NCBI GenBank assembly: GCA_963736935.1
Contig: CAVTQX010000004.1
Location: 11,838 to 75,837 of the forward strand
Direction: 5' to 3'
Length of the DNA stretch: 64,000 nucleotides
From: an uncultured Gaiellaceae bacterium
GTDB lineage: Bacteria; Actinomycetota; Thermoleophilia; Gaiellales; Gaiellaceae
The notes under the pieces are model-generated. The model saw only the letters and a program-made list of their open reading frames with translations. It was not told the DNA's origin and searched no databases. Made by a program: the position numbers and the translations under genes. Shown one piece after another: positions 45,278 through 54,597 of this stretch. Positions within the stretch are counted from its first letter, which is position 1, and every line of letters starts with the position of its first letter.

Positions 45278-46321
45278 GTGATCGATCTCCGCTCCGACAC
45301 CGCGACCCAGCCGACCGAGGGCATGCGGCAAGCGATCGCGAGGGCACGGGTCGGCGACGAGCAGAAGCGCGAGGACCCGAGCGTGAACGACCTGCAAGAG
45401 CGCGTCGCCTACCTGCTCGGGCAGGAGGCCGCGATCTTCGTACCGACCGCGACGATGGCCAACCAGATCGCCCTCAAGTTGCACGGTCGCCCGGGGGACG
45501 TGCTCATCGCCGAGCAGACGGCTCACGTCGTCATCTACGAGTACGGCGGTGCGGCAGCGCACGCAGGCCTCGTGACGCTCGGCCTACCGGGAGACCGTGG
45601 AAGGCTGACGCCGGAGCAGGTCAGGGCGGCTGCAGAGCCAAGCACGAAGGTCGCCGACCAGCGCGCCGCGGTCCTTGCGCTCGAGGACACGCACAACAGC
45701 TCGGGTGGGCGCCTCTGGCCGCTCGACGAGCTCGAGGATGTCGTCGCAGCGGCGCGGGAGGTCGGTCTCGCCGTACACCTCGACGGCGCCCGCCTCCTCA
45801 ACGCGTCGGTTGCGCTCGGTGTCGATCCGTCGGCGATCGCTGCGCGCTTCGACACGGTGACGCTATGCCTCTCGAAGGGGCTCGGTTGCCCGCTCGGAGC
45901 GCTGCTCGCAGGCTCGCAGGAGCTCATGGCCCGCGCGTGGCGGGAGAAGCACCTGTTCGGCGGCGCCATGCGACAGGCCGGCGTCGTCGCGGCCGCGGGT
46001 GTGTACGCGCTCGACCACCACCTCGAGCGGCTGGCCGACGATCATGCGCGGGCGCGAACGCTCGCCGAGACGATCCACGAGGCGGGAGTGCCGGTCGATC
46101 TGGACCAGGTCGAGACGAACTTCGTCCAGATCGACGCGGAGCGGCTCGGCATCCCCCGCGCGGACGCGCTCGCTCGGCTCTCCGCTGCGGGAGTGGGGCT
46201 CTCGACGACGATCCACCCGACGGTCATGCGTGCCGTGACGCACCTCGACGTCACGGACGGCGACATCGAGCGCGCCTCCGCGCTGATCCCCGAGGCGCTG
46301 CTCTCGGGCGTGCGCGCCTAG
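45278..46321 (+). CDS. ltaE: low-specificity L-threonine aldolase (PLP-dependent)
   Basis: [45 protein letters not shown]-Lys region [22 protein letters not shown]. Confidence 0.85.
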   Translation: MIDLRSDTATQPTEGMRQAIARARVGDEQKREDPSVNDLQERVAYLLGQEAAIFVPTATMANQIALKLHGRPGDVLIAEQTAHVVIYEYGGAAAHAGLVTLGLPGDRGRLTPEQVRAAAEPSTKVADQRAAVLALEDTHNSSGGRLWPLDELEDVVAAAREVGLAVHLDGARLLNASVALGVDPSAIAARFDTVTLCLSKGLGCPLGALLAGSQELMARAWREKHLFGGAMRQAGVVAAAGVYALDHHLERLADDHARARTLAETIHEAGVPVDLDQVETNFVQIDAERLGIPRADALARLSAAGVGLSTTIHPTVMRAVTHLDVTDGDIERASALIPEALLSGVRA

Positions 46322-47355
46322 CGGTCCCCGGCGGCGAAGAACGCGACGACCACGACGGCGTAGCCTCCGAGGAGGAGCAGGCCGCGCGTCCTGCTCGACT
46401 GTCCCTGGAAGAGGATGAGCGTCGCAAATGCGACCGATCCTGCGAGAGCGGCGATCTCGACGGGGCGGAAGCTCAGGGAGAGCGGATCGATGAGCCAGGA
46501 GAGGAGCGCGACCGCCGGGATCAGGAACACCGCGACCTGTGCGGCCGAAGCAAGGGCGATCTCGGCGGCCAGCGCGATCTTCCCTCGCCGAGCAACGAGG
46601 ACGGCGCCGCCATGCTCCGCGGCGTTCCCGACGATCGCGACGATGACCGCGGAGACGAAGAACTCCGAGAGACCGACCTTGTCCGCGAACACCTCGAGCG
46701 AGCCGACGAGGATCTCGGCGATGAGCGCTGTCACGACCGTGGCGACTGCAAGCACGCCGAGCGCCTGGCGGAACGACCAGCCTTCGATCTCGTCGTCGGA
46801 CGCGACGTGCATTGCCGTGTGACGGCGCAGCGAGTACCAGGTGACGGCGATGTAGACGACGAGGAGGACGATCGAGATCGCCAGCGACGCCTGCGCGAGC
46901 GCGTCGGTGTCCGGGTCCCCGTCCCATCCGGGCACCGACGGGACGAGGAACAGGAGCGTCGCGAACGCGATGAGCCCGAAGGAGAGAAAGCTCGAGAACC
47001 GGTCGAGGCTGCCCTTCCCGCCTGCGACGAGCGAGGCGCCGAGGACGAGGAGAAGGTTGCCGATCACGCTTCCCGACAGGGATCCGCGGACCACGTCCGT
47101 CAGCCCGTCGTTGACTGCGATCAGAGCGATGATCAGCTCTGGCGCGTTGCCGAAGGTCGCGTTCAGGAACCCGCCGATGCCCGGGCCCGTGTGCTCGGCG
47201 GCATGCTCCGTCGCCTCGCCGATCAACCACGCCAGCGGGATCAGCGACACTGCGGCGAGGACGAACTCGACCGTCTCGGTCGGATGCACCGCGTAGTGCA
47301 GTGCGATCGTGATCGGCGCGAGCGCGAGCGACGCGAAGAGGGCCTTGCGCACCAC
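46318..47355 (-). CDS. Ca2+/H+ antiporter, CAX type
   Basis: Both CaCA alpha-repeat signatures are present: [12 protein letters not shown] and [10 protein letters not shown]. About 11 TM helices. Confidence 0.9.
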   Translation of the reverse strand: MVRKALFASLALAPITIALHYAVHPTETVEFVLAAVSLIPLAWLIGEATEHAAEHTGPGIGGFLNATFGNAPELIIALIAVNDGLTDVVRGSLSGSVIGNLLLVLGASLVAGGKGSLDRFSSFLSFGLIAFATLLFLVPSVPGWDGDPDTDALAQASLAISIVLLVVYIAVTWYSLRRHTAMHVASDDEIEGWSFRQALGVLAVATVVTALIAEILVGSLEVFADKVGLSEFFVSAVIVAIVGNAAEHGGAVLVARRGKIALAAEIALASAAQVAVFLIPAVALLSWLIDPLSLSFRPVEIAALAGSVAFATLILFQGQSSRTRGLLLLGGYAVVVVAFFAAGDR

Positions 47356-47364
47356 GGAGGGCAG

Positions 47365-47370
47365 ACCCTA
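47365..47370 (-). promoter_or_regulatory. -10-like hexamer TAGGGT 9 nt upstream of GTG 47355
   Basis: Minus strand reads TAGGGTctgccctccGTG, with no SD. Confidence 0.4.
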
Positions 47371-47470
47371 CCGACGCGCCCGACGACCCAGACCGTTGTC
47401 GACCACTGCCTGAAAACCGCACGCTTGTCAAGACTTGCGCCCGACGGCACGGGGAGAACACAATCGGGGC

Positions 47471-47875
47471 GTGGAAGACGCCGGCACAGGGGTCGAACTC
47501 CCTCTCCGTATCCAGGACGAGGTTTCCTGCCGACACTGCGACGTCCACTGCGAGAAGGTCGTCTACCCCGGAGCGTGTCTCCGGATGGCCTGCCCGTTCG
47601 TCTACGCCTACGAGGCGTGGGGTCACACGTACGTCGGCTGCATGCAGAAGGTCTACGGCGTCGAGATCGATCTCGAGCTGCTCGAGCAGGCCGAGGCCGG
47701 CCGCGGCGGCTTCGGTGCCGTGCGCGCGCGGCGGGCGCCGCTGCCCATGTGTGAGGTCGAGGTCGTGGGCACGTATCCGCACCGCGAGGACGATCTCGGG
47801 TGCCGGATCCCCGAATTCCACGAGCTCCCACGTGAGCGCGCGACGTTCCGCGTCTTCGCCACGGTCGACGGCTAG
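47471..47875 (+). CDS. hypothetical Cys-rich protein (possible metal/Fe-S binding)
   Basis: The ORF-track frame begins at TTG 47435. GTG 47471 is preferred because CACAAT lies 6 nt upstream. Seven Cys residues, including CRHCDVHC (C-x2-C-x3-C), GAC, MAC and GC. Convergent 4-nt overlap with nfo. Confidence 0.5.
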   Translation: MEDAGTGVELPLRIQDEVSCRHCDVHCEKVVYPGACLRMACPFVYAYEAWGHTYVGCMQKVYGVEIDLELLEQAEAGRGGFGAVRARRAPLPMCEVEVVGTYPHREDDLGCRIPEFHELPRERATFRVFATVDG

Positions 47876-48744
47876 CCGCGCCTGCGACGGTCGGCCCAGC
47901 GCCGCACGCCGCGTCGCCTGAGATCGCGCATTCGGTCGAGGTCTTCGGTCGCCTCGCCCTTGTCCTCCCAGGTCTCCGTGATCGCGGGCAGCCCCTTGAA
48001 GGCTGGATGACCGAGGAAGGTCCCCAGTCCGTCGCCGATGAGCCCGTGACCGACGAGCTCATGTCGGTCGCGGTTCGACCCGAGCGCGGTCTGCGAGTCG
48101 TTCGCATGGAGTACGCGAACCCGCTCGATCCCGATGCGCGCATCGAGATCGGCGAGAGCCTCGTCGAGCGTGGACGGATCCGAGACGTCGACACCCGACG
48201 CCCACCAGTGGCACGAGTCGAGACAGAGGCCGAGCCGTGGGTGCCGGTCGACGGCGTCGGCGAGAGCGGCGAGCTCCGAGATCGAGCGGCCGATGGTGCC
48301 GCCCGTGCCAGCTGCGTTCTCCATGCACAGCCAGAGGTCGTCGGTCGTGAGCTCGAGGAGCTCGCGTAGCGCCGGCTCGACGACCTCCACGGCCTCGTCG
48401 AACCCGAGCCCGAGGTGGGAGCCGACGTGGAAGACGACCGCCTCCGATCCGATCCCGTCCGCCGTCACCATCGTCGCCCGGAGCGCCGCCAGAGAGTTCT
48501 CGCGCACGGTCGGGTCGCGGCTCGCGAGGTTCACGAGGTAGAGGGCGTGACAGGACACCGCCTTCACGCGGGCCTGGCGGCGCCGCTTCCGGAACCGCGC
48601 GATCTCCTCCTGTGCGTGGTCGGTCGGCCGCCACATTCGTGGGCTCTGGGTGAAGACCTGAACCGCGTTCCCGCCGATCTCCTCCACGCGGTCGATCGCC
48701 TTCGAGATCCCGCCTGCGGCCGAGACGTGGGCTCCGAACAGCAT
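47872..48744 (-). CDS. nfo: deoxyribonuclease IV (endonuclease IV)
   Basis: MLFGAHVSAAGG, AVQVFTQSPRMW, SCHALYLVNLAS, VFHVGSH, CLDSCH, HANDS. Confidence 0.92.
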   Translation of the reverse strand: MLFGAHVSAAGGISKAIDRVEEIGGNAVQVFTQSPRMWRPTDHAQEEIARFRKRRRQARVKAVSCHALYLVNLASRDPTVRENSLAALRATMVTADGIGSEAVVFHVGSHLGLGFDEAVEVVEPALRELLELTTDDLWLCMENAAGTGGTIGRSISELAALADAVDRHPRLGLCLDSCHWWASGVDVSDPSTLDEALADLDARIGIERVRVLHANDSQTALGSNRDRHELVGHGLIGDGLGTFLGHPAFKGLPAITETWEDKGEATEDLDRMRDLRRRGVRRWADRRRRG

Positions 48745-48749
48745 CCGAC

Positions 48750-48756
48750 TACGCTA
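48750..48756. promoter_or_regulatory. fully overlapping symmetric -10 element TACGCTA (plus TACGCT, minus TAGCGT)
   Basis: In the 20-bp divergent spacer 48745-48764, TACGCT lies 9 nt before gltX ATG 48765 and TAGCGT lies 6 nt before nfo ATG 48744. Confidence 0.45.
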
Positions 48757-48764
48757 CTTCGCTG

Positions 48765-50024
48765 ATGTCCGTTCGAGTGCGCATGGCGCCGTCGCCGACC
48801 GGGTTCCTCCACATCGGCGGTGTCCGCACGTTCCTCTTCAACTGGCTGTTCGCCCGCGGCCGCGGAGGCGAGTGCCTCCTGCGGATCGAGAACACGGATA
48901 CGAGCCGGGAGGTCGAGGAGTCGGTCGAGCAGATCGAGCGCTCGCTGACCTGGCTCGGGGTCGAGTGGGACGGCCCGACGACGTTCCAGCTCGACGCGAT
49001 GGAGCGCGCCAAGGCGGAGGCGCGAAGGCTCGTCGACGAGGACGCCGCGTACGAGGACGAGGGCGCGATCCGCATCCGCATGCCCGACCAGGGCGCGACA
49101 GCCTGGGAGGACGCGATCAAAGGCCGCATAGAGGTGCCGAACGCGGAGCTCGAGGACCTCGTGCTCGTCCGCTCGGACGGCCGGCCGACGTACAACTTCG
49201 CGTCCCCGCTCGAGGATTGGCTCGACGGGATCACGCACGTGATCCGCGGCGACGACCACGTCTCGAACACGCCGAAGCAGATCAACGTGCTGCGCGCCCT
49301 CGGCACCGAGCCTCCGGTGTACGCGCACGTCCCGAGCGTGTTCGGGGCGGACGGGAAGAAGCTCTCCAAGCGGCACGGCGCGGTCTCCGTCGACGAGTTC
49401 CGCGCGGCGGGCTATACGCCCGAGGCGCTCATGAACTTCCTCGCACTGCTCGGTTGGGCGCCCGATGGCGAGACGACGATCATGTCGCGCGACGACCTCG
49501 TCGAGCGCTTCACGCTCGAGCGCGTGGGGTCGAGTCCCGCGACGTTCGACTACGCGAAGCTCGACTGGATGAACGGCGTCTACCTCCGCGACCTCGCGGT
49601 CCACGATTACGCCGCGCGGCTCGTCGTCTACCTGGGCGAGCAGGGACTCGACTGGCCCGCCGAGCGCGTACGCGCCGCAGCGCCGCTCGTGCAGGAGAAG
49701 ATCGGACGCCTCGGCGAGTTCCCCGAGTTCGCCGGGTTCCTCTTCCACGACGTGGATCCGGACACGACGCTCCTCGACGTGCGGATTCTCGCCGCTGCAG
49801 CAGAAGCGCTCGAGCTCGTCGAGCACTGGGGGGTGGGGGAGATCGAGGCGGCGCTCAAGAAGCTTTGCGACGACCTCGGCGAGATGCCTCGCGCGGTGTA
49901 CCTCCCGATCCGTGTCGCGGTCACGGGCTCACGGGTGTCGCCCGGCCTGTACGAGAGCCTCGAGCTGCTCGGCAAGGAGCCGTCGTTGGCCCGGATCCGG
50001 GCCGGGGCGGAGGCGGCGGCGTGA
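48765..50024 (+). CDS. gltX: glutamate--tRNA ligase
   Basis: RMAPSPTGFLHIGGVRT (HIGH-type motif), IRGDDH, KLSKRHG (KMSKS-type motif). Confidence 0.95.
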   Translation: MSVRVRMAPSPTGFLHIGGVRTFLFNWLFARGRGGECLLRIENTDTSREVEESVEQIERSLTWLGVEWDGPTTFQLDAMERAKAEARRLVDEDAAYEDEGAIRIRMPDQGATAWEDAIKGRIEVPNAELEDLVLVRSDGRPTYNFASPLEDWLDGITHVIRGDDHVSNTPKQINVLRALGTEPPVYAHVPSVFGADGKKLSKRHGAVSVDEFRAAGYTPEALMNFLALLGWAPDGETTIMSRDDLVERFTLERVGSSPATFDYAKLDWMNGVYLRDLAVHDYAARLVVYLGEQGLDWPAERVRAAAPLVQEKIGRLGEFPEFAGFLFHDVDPDTTLLDVRILAAAAEALELVEHWGVGEIEAALKKLCDDLGEMPRAVYLPIRVAVTGSRVSPGLYESLELLGKEPSLARIRAGAEAAA

Positions 50025-50130
50025 ACGAGGCCAGGGCGGAGTGCGAGCGCGTCGAGAAGCCCGTGTGCGTCGCGGACGTCGTCGTCCTGACGGTCTCCTA
50101 ACAACCACTGGCGCCTCCGGACTGGTCTGC

Positions 50131-50136
50131 TACCCT
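50131..50136 (+). promoter_or_regulatory. -10-like hexamer TACCCT 9 nt upstream of GTG 50146
   Basis: TACCCTgcgccgccgGTG, with no SD. Confidence 0.35.
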
Positions 50137-50145
50137 GCGCCGCCG

Positions 50146-51409
50146 GTGGGACGCGGGAGGACACGTGCGATTCGAATTGCCCTGGTTGCAGGGCTTGTCG
50201 TCCTGGCCGCAGGCGTAACGGCGACCGTGGCGCACGCGCTCGCGTTCGACGACGCGGAACCGTGTCCGACGTCCGGCGCCGATTTCATCTGCCCGCAAGG
50301 ATCGGTCGGAGGGAGCTACTCGATCCATCTCGTCGGGCGCGGTGGGTGTGGCCCCGATGGCGCCAACCTCGGCCTTCCGTATCAGTACCGCGTCCTGAGC
50401 GGAGGGCTGCCACCAGGGCTCTCGCTCGCGTCCGATGGGACGATCAGCGGGACGGCGACGCAGTCGGGGGCCTATGCCGCGTACATCGAGCTGAGCGACC
50501 AGGACCCGCCGTCGCAATCGTGGTGCAGCCCGAAGAAAGCCGAGCGGCAGTTCTTCATCACGATCAATCCGGGCCTGCAAATCGTCACGAACGAGCTCCC
50601 GAAGAGCGCAAGCGTGGGCGTGCCGTATTCGGCGACTCTCGACGCCCGGGTCGTCACGAGCCTCAACCCGGCGACGGGGAATCCGGCCACGGGTGCAGCG
50701 TGGTCGATCGTTTCGGGCATCGGCACCGGCCTGCCGCCGGGTCTCACCATCGACAACGGGATCATCTCGGGTACTCCCACGGCCGAGGGCGCGTACACGT
50801 TCCGGGTGCAGGCGACGCTGAACGGCGCGACTCACGTTCAGACGTACACGCTCACGGTGCGGCAGCCGCTGAACGTCGTGGCCGCCGAAGCCCTTCGCCA
50901 CACCACCGCTTCCGACCGCCTGGGAGGTCGGCCTTCCGTTCTCGGCGAAGCTCACCCCGTCAGGCGGAAGCGGGACGTACTCGTTCGCGATCGCTTCGGG
51001 ATCGCTGCCAGCCGGTCTTGCACTCGCGGCCGACGGCACGGTGTCCGGCACGCCTCGCACCGCGGGCGCGTACCAGGCGACGGTTCGCCTGAGCGACAAC
51101 GAGGGCCGGACGTCCGACTACGCGGCGAACTTCGGCGTCGCGGCGCGACTCGCCGTGAGTACGCTCCTGCTCAAGCCGGGGAAGGTCGGGAAGCTCTATC
51201 GCTCACGTGTCGCAGCCACCGGTGGCGTGCTCCCGAAGGCGTGGAGGATCACGGCGGGCAAGCTCCCGAAGGGCGTCCGCTTCGACCGGAAGCTCGGCCT
51301 GCTCAGCGGCACCCCGACGAAGGCAGGGCGCTACCGCCTGACCTTCCAGGTGACCGACGGCCTCAAGGTCGTCGCGAAGAAGACGCTCCGCATCGACGTT
51401 CTGCAGTAG
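50146..51409 (+). pseudogene. exported protein with four putative-Ig (He_PIG-like) repeats, interrupted by one extra base near 50880-50887
   Basis: Signal peptide MGRGRTRAIRIALVAGLVVLAAGVTATVAHA. Repeats carry LPPGLSLASDGTISGT, LPPGLTIDNGIISGTPTAEGAYTF, then after a frame change LPAGLALAADGTVSGTPRTAGAY and LPKGVRFDRKLGLLSGTPTKAGRY. The second frame opens at 50873. Length is 1264 nt (3n+1). Confidence 0.7.
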
Positions 51410-51677
51410 CGCTCGTCGGCGCCGGTCCCGGTGCGCGTTAGATTCCGGCGCGGGACGGGGTGAGTGGGTGGAGTGACGGGAGTGGTCATCGCGGCTGCCG
51501 TCCTGATCGGCGCGGTCCTCTTCATCCTCGTCATGACGATGCGGAGCTAGCGCACGCGCTCGGCGTCCACGCGTTTGTCGATCCTCGCCCTGGGTATGCG
51601 AGCCGACGGGGAGGAGCACGTCTCATCGACGGTCTGGCCCGTCACGCGCAGGTGGCGCCTGCTCCTCCCCAAGTCAT

Positions 51678-51994
51678 TCACCGCTGATCGGCCAGCGTGT
51701 CCTGACCGAAGACGTTGGTCCACTCTCGTCGCGAAGGCACCACAACGAACTGACGTACATGCGTTGCACCTCCGATACCGCATTTGACGTCGGGCGTTCG
51801 AACTCGGCTCGGTACGACAGCAGTACGGCGGATTCGGACACGGTGAGCATTCGAGCGTCGTGCAACGTGAACGACGTGACCGTTGGGCCATCGACCAGTT
51901 GCTCCACGTGGGTCGTTCGATCCGCAAAGCCAGTCGGATATACACCGAGGAAGTGTCGATACGCCATCGCCGTCCGTGCGGACGGGCCGGTCAT
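51678..51994 (-). pseudogene. NTF2-like (DUF4440/SnoaL-type) gene remnant with a frame break near 51720
   Basis: FTLHDARMLTVSESAVLLSYRAEF ... RMYVSSLWCLRDES lies in one frame. The expected last strand, WTNVFGQDTLA, lies in the adjacent frame and ends at 51678. No convincing N-terminus. Locally lower GC. Confidence 0.4.
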
Positions 51995-52114
51995 CAGGAC
52001 TCGCGCCCGACTCGGGCACTGGACCGCCGACGTTGACTTTGCCCACGCGGGGTGGCAATGTCCCGCTTCTCTCCGGGGCTGGGTGGGTGGAACTGCGGAA
52101 AGGAAATCACGTCG

Positions 52115-52252
52115 ATGTTGATCTACGTCGCTGCTGCGATCGCCATTTGGATCGCTGTCAACGTGTTCTTCGTGATCTGGATGGGCGGTGGGGTGCGTCG
52201 GTCGAGCAGCCGGTCGGTCGGGCCCGGGTGGGTGCCAGACCATCCTGAGTAG
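52115..52252 (+). CDS. small membrane protein (45 aa)
   Basis: SD GGAAAGGAA lies 9 nt before ATG 52115. Sequence MLIYVAAAIAIWIAVNVFFVIWMGGG is followed by a polar tail. Confidence 0.45.
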   Translation: MLIYVAAAIAIWIAVNVFFVIWMGGGVRRSSSRSVGPGWVPDHPE

Positions 52253-52518
52253 GCGCTCAGCACCGCTGGACGGCGCGGGAACGTCAACTTCTCCAAGAAC
52301 ACCGCATTGGACAGATCAGTGGTCCCGGGGAGTGACTCCAGCGAAGTGCAGACGGATGTCATCGCGGGAAACCGGATCTGCCACGGCAACACGCCCACCG
52401 CTCAGGTCAAACCAGTTCGACTCTGTGCTCGTGAGGTCTGCGGGAGGCCCTCGTTCGACATCCGCCAGCGGCTAGCTTGTCCTGAGGTCCTGTCGTGAGC
52501 TGGTGAGGGGAGAGGTCG

Positions 52519-52833
52519 ATGGAGAAGAGACTGGTGACTCGCTATGCAATGCGCTCCGCCGAGGCAGCGGACGAGAACCAGCGCCGGGTCGAGGGCGTGT
52601 TCGTTGAGCTGGCGGCCGCGCAGCCGAACAACGTGAGCTACATCGTCCTTCGGCTCGCGGACGATTCGTTCGTGCACGTCTCGTTCCACAACCACCGTGA
52701 TGACGAGGCGAACCCGATCGCCTCGACGGGCGCGTTCGCGCACTTCCAGGACGGTCATGGGGACCGCCGCGAGGGTGCAGTCGACCAGCAGACCGCCGAA
52801 TTGGTCGGCGCGTACATCACGACGCTCGACTGA
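52519..52833 (+). CDS. small hypothetical protein (ABM/Dabb-like alpha+beta family by resemblance)
   Basis: 104 aa, with a purine-rich SD (GAGGGGAGAGG). Segments: RYAMRSAEAADENQRRVEGVFVELAA ... FVHVSFH ... AFAHFQ. Confidence 0.55.
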   Translation: MEKRLVTRYAMRSAEAADENQRRVEGVFVELAAAQPNNVSYIVLRLADDSFVHVSFHNHRDDEANPIASTGAFAHFQDGHGDRREGAVDQQTAELVGAYITTLD

Positions 52834-52902
52834 GGCTCGGTCCTCGCGAGGGACAGATCTCGGCACCTCGGTCTCTCGGCGCCGCTCCTGAACGGCTGGG
52901 AG

Positions 52903-53178
52903 TCACTCGGACCCGGGGTGCTCGTGGCACGCCAGCTTCGCTGTGATCGCTGCGAAGTGGGCGAGCCTCGGAGAGCCTTCGGTCAGATACCGCTCGAGCC
53001 AGCGAAGCGCGGCCCGCTCGTACTTCGGAGATCCGCGCTCGGCGTAGAGATGGACGAGCTGCAGCGCGTCCTCGAGCGGCAGGTTCGGGAGCTCGCGGGC
53101 GGCGTCCTCGGCCAGCCACAGAGCTCCGCGCTCGATCGCTCGGCGGAACCGGACGTGCGGGTGGGGTTGGGCGGTCAA
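52903..53178 (-). CDS. small helical hypothetical protein
   Basis: 91 aa with TTG start and no SD. Sequence: AIERGALWLAEDAARELPNLPLEDALQLVHLYAERGSPKYERAALRWLERYLTEGSPRLAHFA. A degenerate paralogous copy lies at 55382-55560. Confidence 0.5.
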   Translation of the reverse strand: MTAQPHPHVRFRRAIERGALWLAEDAARELPNLPLEDALQLVHLYAERGSPKYERAALRWLERYLTEGSPRLAHFAAITAKLACHEHPGSE

Positions 53179-53206
53179 GAACGTATGTTCTCATGCGACC
53201 GGCGGT

Positions 53207-53236
53207 CCAAGAAGAAGGCCCGCCGTGGCGGGCCTT
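53207..53236 (-). terminator. intrinsic terminator candidate after the exported-protein gene
   Basis: Minus strand reads AAGGCCCGC-cacg-GCGGGCCTT followed by CTTCTTGG: a 9-bp stem, 26-47 nt after the stop at 53262. Confidence 0.5.
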
Positions 53237-53261
53237 CGACGGAACATACGAAAGCCCCTTC

Positions 53262-53705
53262 TCAGTCGTCGTCTTCCTTGTTCTTGTCCTCGGCCTTCGC
53301 TGCGTGCGCGATGACCTTGGACGCGGTCAACGCTGGAACCGCGTTGTCAGCGAGATCGGCCTTGCACACACGCGCCTGAATCAGGACGCGGTCGGTGTCC
53401 TTGAGATCGGTGACCTTCGTCTGGCCCTGTCGGCGAACCTTGGTCTTCGTATCCACGCCGACCGTGGTCGGCTGCGTCGCCTTCACGTACGCACGGCCCC
53501 ATCGATTCCCGCTCGTGACCTGCACGCTGATGGAGCTGGCGCCGGGTGCACCCTTGAGCGTGCCCTTGAGGACGACCGTGATTTTCGGCTTGCAGCCCGT
53601 CCCCGTCGTCGGAGGCTTGCCCTTGTCTGCGGGGGGCGCGGCCACCGCAGACGAAACCACGAGACCCGACACGGCGAGACCTGCGAGAACGACCTTGAGC
53701 TTCAT
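53262..53705 (-). CDS. exported hypothetical protein (signal peptide; DUF5666-like beta-rich domain by resemblance)
   Basis: SD GGGGAG lies 9 nt before ATG 53705. MKLKVVLAGLAVSGLVVSSAVAAPPADKGKPP, a beta-rich core, and an acidic/basic tail AKAEDKNKEDDD. Confidence 0.65.
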   Translation of the reverse strand: MKLKVVLAGLAVSGLVVSSAVAAPPADKGKPPTTGTGCKPKITVVLKGTLKGAPGASSISVQVTSGNRWGRAYVKATQPTTVGVDTKTKVRRQGQTKVTDLKDTDRVLIQARVCKADLADNAVPALTASKVIAHAAKAEDKNKEDDD

Positions 53706-54597
53706 CGGCGATTTCTCCCCTTTTGTTAGCAGCGCGAATTGGCGATCTACATCAGATGATGCGCGACCCGTCGGAAACTTGCGCAGATTTGTCACCAGGT
53801 CAGGAGCCTTCGGGCTAGGTTCGCGGAGCGGTCCGCCCGCACAAAGGCTTCGAATTACGACGGCCGGAGCCGAGGGCGGACCGCCTAAAGGCCAGGGATA
53901 CGATCAGGGTGATCGGAACGCCACTGGCGATGCGAGCGTCGAGCTGTATGTGGCGCCCGAGTATCGCGCCAATGGCGATGGGATGGGCGTTGCGCTCGAC
54001 CGATCCGACTCTCTCGGCGCCCTGATGGTTCAGCTCGGTCTCGTGAAGCCTGCGATCTTCTACCAGGGCAACCGCCTCGGGCTCTCGCTCCTCGATCAGC
54101 AGGCGGCGTACAAAAGAAGAGTGGCCGCTGGGGACGGCCACTCAATGGGAAGAACTGGGAGGATTGGGTACCCAAGTCTTCGTGGGAACTGACGCACTTC
54201 TCATCCCCCTTTCGGGTACGCGCTCGTCGATCCGCAGCTTCGCCGCGATCTCCGGGTCGTTGCCTCGCGCCCTCGACGACACGCTCGGCGTCCTCGCGCC
54301 GAACGACGATCTGACGTACGAGTCACCACGGCGATCTCCGCCGAACTCGGGCCGATGTGGGCGGCTTTCTTCTGCGCGGTCGGCGAGGTGCTTGCTTCGA
54401 CCCGCCCTTGCGGTGGCACCGATCGGCGGTGCGATTTCTCAAGCGCGGCGCTCCACATGGTCGACAGCCGCGGCATGCAAACCGGCCCAAGGGGGAACCG
54501 CGCCAGGATCGGCCACGACTGCAATCGCAAATGCTGCCGCCGTGACGACGATCTCCAGCGCGAGTCGCACGCAGCGGCCGCCTACGAAGGAGGCAGG

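Noticed and set aside
51791-51807. CGGGCGTTCGAACTCGG resembles the T-arm region of tRNA-Glu, so it could be an att-type direct repeat marking the far end of an island.
   Set aside because: Only the generic TTCGAAC core and a few flanking bases match. The acceptor-stem part (GGCCCATAC) is absent, and the site lies inside the NTF2-like reading frame.
53932-54000. Plus-strand LYVAPEYRANGDGMGVAL looks a little like GNAT motif A (V.PEYRG.GIG..L).
   Set aside because: The Gly-loop is interrupted. No other GNAT motifs or a plausible N-terminus, start codon or SD surround it. The similarity is too weak to call even a pseudogene.
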